Assembly (NCBI GenBank): GCA_004298385.1
Contig: SCTX01000030.1
Coordinates: 12,069-76,068 of the forward strand
Length of the DNA stretch: 64,000 nucleotides
Direction of reading: 5' to 3'
From: Betaproteobacteria bacterium
GTDB lineage: Bacteria; Pseudomonadota; Gammaproteobacteria; Burkholderiales; SG8-39
This document shows, one piece after another, positions 13,630-20,841 of this stretch. Position numbers and translations under genes: made by a program. The first letter of the stretch is position 1. Each line of letters begins with the position of its first letter. Under the pieces are notes generated by a model that did not search any database, was not told the origin of the DNA, and saw only the letters and a list, made by a program, of their open reading frames with translations.

Positions 13630-13840
13630 TGAAGACTTGAGATGCCAATTTGGCATTTCAAGTTCGCTGCACCTCGTTCCCGCTGGTGCAATTATGCGAT
13701 CACGACCCGTGACCGCATCGACCGGGGAGCACTTCAACTGGTCACAAACTGTGACAAGTGCACGGGTAGACGAACCTTCAAGGTCACAATTTGTGATCTT
13801 GAAGGTTCGCAGTGGATGGAGGCAATTTTTCTACACCTTT
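13630..13840 (+). pseudogene. Degenerate ORF6N-type gene remnant (three tandem xSQxVTS-like motifs)
   Basis: One frame reads LRCQFGISS...NWSQTVTS...SRSQFVILKVRSGW. This resembles the SQ(I/F)VT(S/L) segment found after ORF6N domains, including the intact gene at 14303. There is no start codon and no N-terminal domain. Confidence 0.4.
13771..13809. repeat. 39-nt inverted repeat with a GGTCACAA-T-TTGTGA(T/C)C core
   Basis: CGAACCTTCAAGGTCACAATTTGTGATCTTGAAGGTTCG, one mismatch. A shorter GTCACAAACTGTGAC lies at 13741-13755. Confidence 0.85.
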
Positions 13841-13970
13841 AGTGCGGCGGCTCAAGACCGCAAAGGGGCAATAAAGGGGCGAAAGGGGCAATCGCAGCAG
13901 CTACCACGAACCCGCCAGACCGGGGACGGAATGGGGACAAATAGGGGACAAAAGGGACATGGCTAACACG

Positions 13971-14011
13971 GTGATTCTTTAAGGTCACAATTTGTGACCT
14001 TAAAGAATCAC
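13971..14011. repeat. Perfect 41-nt palindrome with the same GGTCACAATTTGTGACC core
   Basis: GTGATTCTTTAAGGTCACAA-T-TTGTGACCTTAAAGAATCAC. Confidence 0.9.
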
Positions 14012-14053
14012 ATTGTGTGGCCGAAGCTTTTCTCCGCTTTCACTGCGGAGTAA
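13979..14053 (+). pseudogene. ORF6N-type gene remnant
   Basis: Reads LRSQFVTLKNHIVWPKLFSAFTAE*. It aligns with RSQIVTLKRGENIKYLPYAFTEQ of the intact ORF6N gene (14303-14878), about half of positions identical by hand. Confidence 0.55.
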
Positions 14054-14095
14054 TCTGGTCGATCAAGCAGCAGATATACGCAAACAGGGGACATC

Positions 14096-14296
14096 ATGGC
14101 GAGCACCTTACTTCTGGAAAAGATGTCGGTGGAAGAAAAGCTTCAGGCAATGGAATCGCTTTGGGACGACTTGTGCAGCAAGGCGGGTGGCATGGCGTCT
14201 CCGGCCTGGCACGAAGACGTCCTGGCCGAAAGGGAGGCGATGCAAAAGCGCGGTGAAGATCGATTCGAAGACTGGGAAGCTGCAAAGAAGGACTGA
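14096..14296 (+). CDS. Small antitoxin-like protein ('putative addiction module component' type)
   Basis: 66 aa, MSVEEKLQAMESLWDDL...SPAWHEDVLAEREAMQKRGEDRFEDWEAAKKD. This fits my recollection of the Unstab_antitox/TIGR02574-like pattern (L..ER..L...LW.SL......W..E...R.....G......W.E.K). No toxin gene follows it. Confidence 0.5.
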   Translation: MASTLLLEKMSVEEKLQAMESLWDDLCSKAGGMASPAWHEDVLAEREAMQKRGEDRFEDWEAAKKD

Positions 14297-14302
14297 ACGA
14301 CA

Positions 14303-14878
14303 ATGCCATCGATCACCCCAAGAAGCACACCCAAACCTGAGAATCTCGCGTCGCTGATTTACCTGCTGCGCGGAGAAAGAGTGCTCCTGAGCGAGCACCT
14401 TGCCGAGCTTTATGCCGTTCCTGTCAAAGTCCTCAATCAAGCAGTCAAGCGCAACATAGATCGATTCCCTGATGACTTCATGTTCCAGCTTACTCTGGAT
14501 GAAGCGGAGGCCATCCTCCGTTCAAGGTCACAAATTGTGACCTTGAAGCGGGGCGAGAACATCAAGTACCTTCCTTACGCCTTCACCGAGCAGGGTGTCG
14601 CCATGCTCTCCAGCGTGCTGCGCTCGCCGCGCGCGGTGGAGGTTAATATCGCGATCATGCGCACTTTCGTGCAGTTGCGGCGCCTGATGGATTCAAATCG
14701 CAATCTCGCGCGCCGGATCGAGGCGCTGGAGAAACGCTACGACGAACAATTCGCCACCGTCTTCGATGCCATCAAACGGCTGATCGCGGAAGACGAAAGC
14801 CGCAAGGCCAAGCCGAAACGCGGCATCGGCTTTCTTGCTGAACCCCGAACCAAGTACCGCGTCCAGACCCGATCCTGA
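14303..14878 (+). CDS. ORF6N-domain (KilA-N-related) DNA-binding protein
   Basis: 191 aa. IYLLRGERVLLSEHLAELYAVPVKVLNQAVKRNIDRFPDDFMFQLT...RSQIVTLKRGENIKYLPYAFTEQGVAMLSSVLRSPRAVEVNIAIMRTF is the typical ORF6N architecture. Confidence 0.75.
   Translation: MPSITPRSTPKPENLASLIYLLRGERVLLSEHLAELYAVPVKVLNQAVKRNIDRFPDDFMFQLTLDEAEAILRSRSQIVTLKRGENIKYLPYAFTEQGVAMLSSVLRSPRAVEVNIAIMRTFVQLRRLMDSNRNLARRIEALEKRYDEQFATVFDAIKRLIAEDESRKAKPKRGIGFLAEPRTKYRVQTRS
14521..14547. repeat. 27-nt perfect palindrome inside the ORF6N coding sequence
   Basis: TTCAAGGTCACAA-A-TTGTGACCTTGAA, which encodes SRSQIVTLK. Confidence 0.9.
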
Positions 14879-14890
14879 CGCACCGACACC

Positions 14891-17704
14891 ATGGCTAAGA
14901 AATCGAATAACCCAAAGACCGTAGAAGCCCTGAAGCACGACGAGGCGACGCGCAAGAACATCCCCACGGCCGAATACCAGTCCGTGCTGCAAAAGGCGGA
15001 GCAGAACCCCGTTCGCGTGGCTTACGAAAGACGCAATCGCGATCTGGACCCGCAACTCGTCTGGCGCGGCAAGGACGAACAGGACTGGAGCGACCTCGTC
15101 GTCCATGCCCCGCCGCTCTACATCCAGGAAAAGGTCCACCCCAAGGCGCTGATCGACGATCTGCTGCGCGAGACGAAGGAGCGCGAGCATGAGGCGGGTC
15201 AGACTACCGCCGACTTGTTTGCCGACTTCAACGGCATACCCAAGGGCGTGGACAAGACCGAGTTCTACCAGCACGACCAGAACTGGTCGAACCGCATGAT
15301 CCTAGGGGATTCGCTGCAGGTGATGGCTAGCCTTGCGGAGCGCGAAGGGCTGCGGGGTAAAGTGCAGTGCATCTTCCTTGATCCGCCCTACGGTATCAAA
15401 TTCAACAGCAACTTTCAGTGGTCCACTACAGATAGAGCTGGGACCACCACAGATTCGTCGGAGAAGATCAGCAGGGAACCGGAGCAGGTGAAAGCCTTCC
15501 GCGACACTTGGCGCGATGGCATCCACAGTTACCTCACCTACCTGCGTGACCGCTTCTCCGTTGCTCGTGATCTTCTCACGGAATCCGGTTCCATCTTCGT
15601 TCAAATCGGTGATGAGAACGTGCATCGAGTTCGAGTGGTGATGGATGAGATTTTTGGCGATGACAATTTTGTGGCTCTGATTCCATTCCGGAAGAAGACC
15701 ATGCCCTTTGGTTCGAGATATATTGAGCAGATGGCAGATTTCATACTTTGGTATGCAAAGGCGAAGACCGATTCGCGAGGCAATGCGAATGCAAAATACC
15801 GAAAGCAATTCCTACTGCGTTCGGTTGAAGGTGAGTTTCACCATTGCTGGTATGAAGACACCGAAGGTGTTCGAACCAGAATGTCGAGACGCCAACTCTA
15901 CAATCATGCATTGCTCCCGCCAAAATCCCGTGTGTATCGACTAAAGTCGCTTGAGCCTTCAGGACGAATGGACTCTGGGATGTTTAGTTTTGAGTTTCGC
16001 GGTCGACCCTACCCACATCCGAAGAACGGATTCGGAACGACCGAGGAAGGGTTAAGACAGATAGAGAAGACCAACCGTTTAGAGCCCGAAGGGAATCGTC
16101 TTTGTTACGTTCTGTACGCCGATGAGGGCGAGTCGTCCCAGATGACAGCACCTTGGTCTGACACAGTAGGGGCTGATGACAAGCAGTATGTCGTGCAGAC
16201 CAATACCGAGGTTGTAAAACGCTGCATTTTGATGACGACTGACCCTGGCGACCTAATCCTTGACCCGACGTGCGGCTCCGGCACCTCCGCTTTCGTCGCG
16301 GAACAATGGGGCCGGCGCTGGATCACCATTGACACTTCGCGTGTGGCGCTCGCGCTGGCTCGCGCCCGCATCATGGGTGCCCGCTACCCGTATTACCTGC
16401 TCGCCGATTCGCGCGATGGCCAGATCAAGGAAGCCGAAATCACGCGAACCGCATTCTCCTCGCAGCCGGCGCGAGGCGATATCCGTCACGGCTTTGTCTA
16501 CGAGCGCGTGCCACATATCACGCTCAAATCCATCGCCAACAACGCCGAGATCGACGTGATTTGGGATCAGTGGCAGGCAAAGCTAGAGCCTTTGCGTAAC
16601 AAACTCAACGTAGCACTGAAGAAAACTTGGCGGGATTGGGAAATCCCGCGTGACGCGGAGGCCAAGTGGTCCGAGTCTGCCACGAGGCTACACGCCGAAT
16701 GGTGGCAGGCGCGTATTGAGCGGCAGAACGAGATCGATGCGTCCATCGCCGCCAAGGCGGAATTTGAATACCTCTACGACAAGCCGTACGACGACAAGAA
16801 AAAGGTCCGCGTGGCCGGGCCGTTCACCGTCGAAAGCTTGTCGCCTCATCGCGTGCTCGGCGTGGACGAGAACGACGAGCTGATCGACACCGCTGCTCAA
16901 TCAGGTGCCGACTATGCCGCCAAGCAGACCTTCCCTCAGATGATCCTGGAAAACCTCAAGGTCGCCGGCGTGCAACAGGCACACAAGGACGACCGCATCA
17001 GCTTTATTGCACTCAATCCCTGGCCCGGCGAGCTGATCTGCGCGGAAGGCCGCTACGTCGAAAGCAACGCTGAAACCGGCACCGAAAAGCGAGCTGCCAT
17101 TTTCATCGGCCCGGAGTTTGGCACCGTCACCCGTCCTGATCTGGTGTCCGCCGCGCGTGAAGCGGGTGATGCTGACTTCGACGTGCTCATCGCCTGCGCC
17201 TTCAACTACGAGGCCCATGCCACCGAGTTCAGCAAGCTCGGCCGCATCCCCGTGCTCAAGGCGCGCATGAACGCCGACCTGCACATGTCGGACGACCTAA
17301 AGAGCACGAACAAGGCCAACCTGTTCGTAATCTTCGGCGAACCCGACATCACCATCCTTCCGGAGAAAGACGGCAAGCTGCGCATCAAGGTCAACGGCGT
17401 GGACGTCTTCCACCCGCAAACCGGCGAAGTCCGCAGCGACGGACCCGAAGGCATCGCCTGCTGGTTCATCGACACCGACTACAACGAAGAAAGTTTCTTC
17501 GTCCGCCACGCCTACTTCCTCGGCGCCAACGACCCCTACACTGCGCTCAAGACCACCCTGAAGGCCGAGATTAACGAGGAAGCGTGGGCTACGCTGAATA
17601 GCGACACCTCACGCGCATTCGACAAGCCGAAGTCGGGGCGCATCGCTGTGAAGGTCATCAATCACCTCGGAGATGAGGTAATGAAGGTGTTTCGGGTAGG
17701 TTGA
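14891..17704 (+). CDS. mod: Type III DNA methyltransferase Mod subunit (beta-class N6-adenine/N4-cytosine MTase)
   Basis: 937 aa. Motif IV FLDPPYGIKF lies N-terminal to motif I DPTCGSGTSAFVAEQWGRRWITID, which is the beta-class order. The long region between them is consistent with a target recognition domain. Confidence 0.9.
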   Translation: MAKKSNNPKTVEALKHDEATRKNIPTAEYQSVLQKAEQNPVRVAYERRNRDLDPQLVWRGKDEQDWSDLVVHAPPLYIQEKVHPKALIDDLLRETKEREHEAGQTTADLFADFNGIPKGVDKTEFYQHDQNWSNRMILGDSLQVMASLAEREGLRGKVQCIFLDPPYGIKFNSNFQWSTTDRAGTTTDSSEKISREPEQVKAFRDTWRDGIHSYLTYLRDRFSVARDLLTESGSIFVQIGDENVHRVRVVMDEIFGDDNFVALIPFRKKTMPFGSRYIEQMADFILWYAKAKTDSRGNANAKYRKQFLLRSVEGEFHHCWYEDTEGVRTRMSRRQLYNHALLPPKSRVYRLKSLEPSGRMDSGMFSFEFRGRPYPHPKNGFGTTEEGLRQIEKTNRLEPEGNRLCYVLYADEGESSQMTAPWSDTVGADDKQYVVQTNTEVVKRCILMTTDPGDLILDPTCGSGTSAFVAEQWGRRWITIDTSRVALALARARIMGARYPYYLLADSRDGQIKEAEITRTAFSSQPARGDIRHGFVYERVPHITLKSIANNAEIDVIWDQWQAKLEPLRNKLNVALKKTWRDWEIPRDAEAKWSESATRLHAEWWQARIERQNEIDASIAAKAEFEYLYDKPYDDKKKVRVAGPFTVESLSPHRVLGVDENDELIDTAAQSGADYAAKQTFPQMILENLKVAGVQQAHKDDRISFIALNPWPGELICAEGRYVESNAETGTEKRAAIFIGPEFGTVTRPDLVSAAREAGDADFDVLIACAFNYEAHATEFSKLGRIPVLKARMNADLHMSDDLKSTNKANLFVIFGEPDITILPEKDGKLRIKVNGVDVFHPQTGEVRSDGPEGIACWFIDTDYNEESFFVRHAYFLGANDPYTALKTTLKAEINEEAWATLNSDTSRAFDKPKSGRIAVKVINHLGDEVMKVFRVG

Positions 17705-17762
17705 GGCGGGGAATGAACATGAAACTAATTGCGGCGAGTAACATCGGAAAGGTAGTTGACTT

Positions 17763-18317
17763 ATGACCGATGCAGATATGCGCAAGCTTCCACTGGAGTC
17801 GCTGCACGAGCGGCACACTGGTCTCACACCCTTATTGGCCGGCGCATTCTTTGAGGCTGCTTCGGTTTGCTTAAACCGACATCACAATTCACCCGTGGAG
17901 ATGGAGATTGCGCGCAATGGCGGCACGAGTACCAGGCTGGCCGAGTTTCAAAAGCCGGACGCCCGTATTCTGAACGCTTGGGCCAACGACATCGATACGA
18001 CCGAGAATGGCGCGTACTGTGTGAGCTTGGGGGCAATGGAAGTCGAGGAACAACTGGTCGCGGTCAAGCGTGCCGAGACACTTTCCGGGGCGGATTGGTA
18101 CGTTGCTCCGATTGGGACTACCCCTGATGATTTGGAGCGCTGCCTCCGGCTGGAGGTCTCGGGTCTCGATACTGGGGGTCGTTCGGCCGTGGAGGCGCGC
18201 TTGCGGCAGAAGGTTGACCAAACAAGGAGAGGTGCAAGTAACCTGCCCGCCATCGCATCAGTCGTGGGATTCAAGGAAAGATCGATCGCGATTCAAAGAG
18301 TGGGTGACGACGAATGA
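17763..18317 (+). CDS. Hypothetical protein, 184 aa (unknown family)
   Basis: ATG lies 58 nt after the mod stop. The stop overlaps the next start (ATGA at 18314-18317). I recognise no motif with confidence. Confidence 0.6.
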   Translation: MTDADMRKLPLESLHERHTGLTPLLAGAFFEAASVCLNRHHNSPVEMEIARNGGTSTRLAEFQKPDARILNAWANDIDTTENGAYCVSLGAMEVEEQLVAVKRAETLSGADWYVAPIGTTPDDLERCLRLEVSGLDTGGRSAVEARLRQKVDQTRRGASNLPAIASVVGFKERSIAIQRVGDDE

Positions 18318-19423
18318 CTTGGGCCGAACTCCATGCCGAAAGCGAGCAGCTGGCAATCGAAGCCCAGTTGGCCTTACTGGCCAGAAACGCTAGACAAGCA
18401 GTCGATCTGTACAGGCGTGCGGCGGAAGCCGAGCGTCGAGCGCTTGATCAGCTTGACGGCTCGAAAGTAAGAACCAGGGGCATCACGGCCGTTAGTACCG
18501 TGGCTCTTTGGTTCAAGGCTCGTGAGTACGCCCTAGCTGAGCAGCTTGCGCACGCAATGCTCGCCGATCCATACATCCCGGACTTTGCGCGTGAGGATCT
18601 GAGAAATCTTGTCCAAGCAATCTGGACAGAGAGTTCCATGCAGAAAGCGGGCGTCGAGTTCGTTCCAGGCCAGGTCATGGTCTCAGTAAAAGGTGGTGAG
18701 GTCGTTACTGGCGGGGCGCCTCTTGATTTGATCGTCGATAAGGTCCAGACGATTCAAAAAATGTTTTACAGGACGATCGAATTCGTGAACGGCGTTTCAC
18801 TTCGCAGGGCCGGGCCGCCGCCAAAAGAACTACAAGACGCTTGCCGACCTTGGCTGTTTCAATCGGCCCCCGGTAGCTATCAGTTCTCGGTTGCAATCCA
18901 AAAGCCCGCGCAATCCGATTTTTTCAAAAAAGATATTCAACCAGAGAGAATCGCGCAGCATTTTCTCGAAATCGTTAGTGCCTCATCAGGTGATAATGCT
19001 GCGACACTTGAAAAATTGGTGCCGGACGAAAAATACCGCAGCACGTTTTTGAAGCTTGCACGTAATCTCGCCCCTACCGGGAAGACTTTTGAGCGCATTG
19101 AATTCCGCGCGTCTGGCGAAACACGACCTGTCGCCCTCGGTGTCGAATCTAGGGTTAGCATTAATCAGCAGCTACGCAAGAAATCCGACGTTCCAACAAC
19201 AGTGGATGAAGTACCTGAAGAACTACACGGAACTTTGCGGGCTTTGCATCTGGACAAGGACTGGCTGGAGGTCGTTGTAGGCGACGTGTCCATGCATGTT
19301 GTTGGACTTCAGGACGCGGTTGACGACGTGATTGGTCCAATGGTGAATCGGACGGTGGTTGTCCGGGCCATTCGTAGCTCGCAGAACAAGCTCACGTTTT
19401 TGGACATTGAGCTTGCTGACTGA
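18314..19423 (+). CDS. Hypothetical protein, 369 aa (unknown family; helical Ala/Arg/Glu-rich N-terminus)
   Basis: Translationally coupled to the preceding ORF. A long clean ORF in a region that is visibly less GC-rich. I recognise no family. Confidence 0.65.
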   Translation: MTWAELHAESEQLAIEAQLALLARNARQAVDLYRRAAEAERRALDQLDGSKVRTRGITAVSTVALWFKAREYALAEQLAHAMLADPYIPDFAREDLRNLVQAIWTESSMQKAGVEFVPGQVMVSVKGGEVVTGGAPLDLIVDKVQTIQKMFYRTIEFVNGVSLRRAGPPPKELQDACRPWLFQSAPGSYQFSVAIQKPAQSDFFKKDIQPERIAQHFLEIVSASSGDNAATLEKLVPDEKYRSTFLKLARNLAPTGKTFERIEFRASGETRPVALGVESRVSINQQLRKKSDVPTTVDEVPEELHGTLRALHLDKDWLEVVVGDVSMHVVGLQDAVDDVIGPMVNRTVVVRAIRSSQNKLTFLDIELAD

Positions 19424-19446
19424 AGTGGGACGTCTACTCAGAACCG

Positions 19447-19547
19447 GCGACACATCCTGCGCCTTCGACAAACCGAAGTCCGGGCGCATCGCTGTGAAAG
19501 TGATCAACCACCTGGGGGACGAGATGATGAAAGTCTTCAAGGTGTAG
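19447..19547 (+). pseudogene. Relic of the 3' end of a second, diverged Type III mod gene
   Basis: Reads DTSCAFDKPKSGRIAVKVINHLGDEMMKVFKV*, against DTSRAFDKPKSGRIAVKVINHLGDEVMKVFRVG* at the end of the intact mod (17601-17704). 29 of 32 aa are identical, with about 20 nt differences, mostly at third codon positions. Confidence 0.8.
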
Positions 19548-19564
19548 CGTAGTATTGGGCCTAC

Positions 19565-20323
19565 ATGAGCGACCGTCTCCTTAATCTTAAGTCTCCTCCA
19601 ATTGTCGAGGCAGTTCTCGATATTGATTGCGACATGCCGCCTATGCTGGCACTGGACAAGTTGGAAGCATCCGCCCGAGATGCGTTCCGCGATCATTACC
19701 CGAAATTTCGAACACAATTTCTTCAGGCTCTGCACGTCGAGGCAGCAGCGGATCGTGCGCCGAACGTGACGACCAGACAAGGGATTCAGGCGCTCCAGTT
19801 TTTGCAAGAAGACGAGAAGCAGCTTGTGCAATTGCGGACACAAGGCTTTTCTTTTAATCGATTGGCCCCATATAAGAGCTTGGACGATTACTTGCCGGAA
19901 ATAGAACGGACGTGGCGGTTATTTGTCGACCTTGCTGCGCCGGTTCAAATACGCGTTATCCGATTACGGTATATCAATCGCATTCCGCTCCCGATGACTG
20001 CAGGACGGGTCGATTTGGACGATTACCTGAAACTCGGTCCGCGACTTCCGGATGAAGATAAACTGACATTTGAGGGATTTCTCACTAAACATTCGGCGGT
20101 GGAATCGGATACTGACAATCGAGTAAACATTATTCTTTCAGCGCAGCCACCAGAAAATGATAAGCTTCCTGTAATTCTTGACATTGAAACCTATAAATCG
20201 GGTAATGCGGAGCCGCATAATTGGGCAGAAAGCCTCTCGAAAATCCAATCTTTGCGACGCTTGAAGAACCTTGTTTTTGAGAATTCTCTTACAGACCAAT
20301 GTTTGAAGCTGTTTCAGCACTAA
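19565..20323 (+). CDS. Hypothetical protein, TIGR04255-like (uncharacterised family)
   Basis: 252 aa. The N-terminus LKSPPIVEAVLDIDCDMPP...FRDHYPKF fits my memory of the TIGR04255 signature (..aPL.EVv.eirF......l......f......yP.). This needs an HMM check. Confidence 0.6.
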   Translation: MSDRLLNLKSPPIVEAVLDIDCDMPPMLALDKLEASARDAFRDHYPKFRTQFLQALHVEAAADRAPNVTTRQGIQALQFLQEDEKQLVQLRTQGFSFNRLAPYKSLDDYLPEIERTWRLFVDLAAPVQIRVIRLRYINRIPLPMTAGRVDLDDYLKLGPRLPDEDKLTFEGFLTKHSAVESDTDNRVNIILSAQPPENDKLPVILDIETYKSGNAEPHNWAESLSKIQSLRRLKNLVFENSLTDQCLKLFQH

Positions 20324-20841
20324 GAGTCCATCTGGGGTTCGCGTCCCTTTATTCGCTTGCGCGCCCCGGAAGCGCCATTTCGGCTGAAGCGCAAGCGGTC
20401 CAAAGAGCCGCCACAAGTGTGGTGGACTCCGTAGAGCGCTCGCAAGCCTTGTTCGGTGATAAAGCGACCGCAATCTCTCAGTTATGGGCTCTCGCGAACG
20501 AATGTGGAGAGCCCGGTTGGGATGGCGATGCCGCATTACCGCTGGATCATATGGCTGTTTTCAAGGCTGTTGCCTTCATACGGGCCTTGCCAGATGGAGT
20601 ACCGCTACCGGAGTTTGCCCCCGGGCCTGACGGTTCACTATCTCTTGATTGGATTTCGTCTCGAAATCGTCTTTTTTCATTGAGCGTCGGCTCTGGCGAT
20701 CGCTTGCCGTATGCGTGGTTGGACGGGACCGACAAGGGCCACGCCGTGGCTCGCTTTGATGGAGAGAGCGTTCCGCAAAGAATCCTGGAAGGGATAACGT
20801 CAATCTTAAAAGTTGGAAGTGCTCTCGTCCGGTCTCACTGA
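20299..20841 (+). CDS. Hypothetical protein, 180 aa
   Basis: The ATG overlaps the previous gene by 25 nt. Contains EPGWDGDAALPLDHMAVFKAVAFIRALPDGVPLPEFAPGPDGSLSLDW. Family unknown and the start codon is uncertain. Confidence 0.55.
   Translation: MFEAVSALRVHLGFASLYSLARPGSAISAEAQAVQRAATSVVDSVERSQALFGDKATAISQLWALANECGEPGWDGDAALPLDHMAVFKAVAFIRALPDGVPLPEFAPGPDGSLSLDWISSRNRLFSLSVGSGDRLPYAWLDGTDKGHAVARFDGESVPQRILEGITSILKVGSALVRSH

Noticed and set aside
12968-13966. 332-aa ORF spanning the res 3' end and the res-mod linker.
   Set aside because: It is out of frame with res and reads through unrelated relic fragments. It has no start context and Arg-rich nonsense at its 5' end. I used its frame only to recognise the ORF6N-like remnants.
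10320-17704. The res/mod pair considered as part of a BREX, DISARM or Type I system.
   Set aside because: I see no PglZ, PglX, BrxC, DrmA/B or HsdS-like proteins. The single large DEAH helicase-nuclease plus a beta-class MTase with the DPPY-then-FxGxG order fits Type III.
19359-19547. 62-aa ORF as an independent small gene.
   Set aside because: Only its last 32 codons are meaningful, and they duplicate the mod C-terminus. The upstream part overlaps the end of the 369-aa gene in another frame. I interpret it as a relic.
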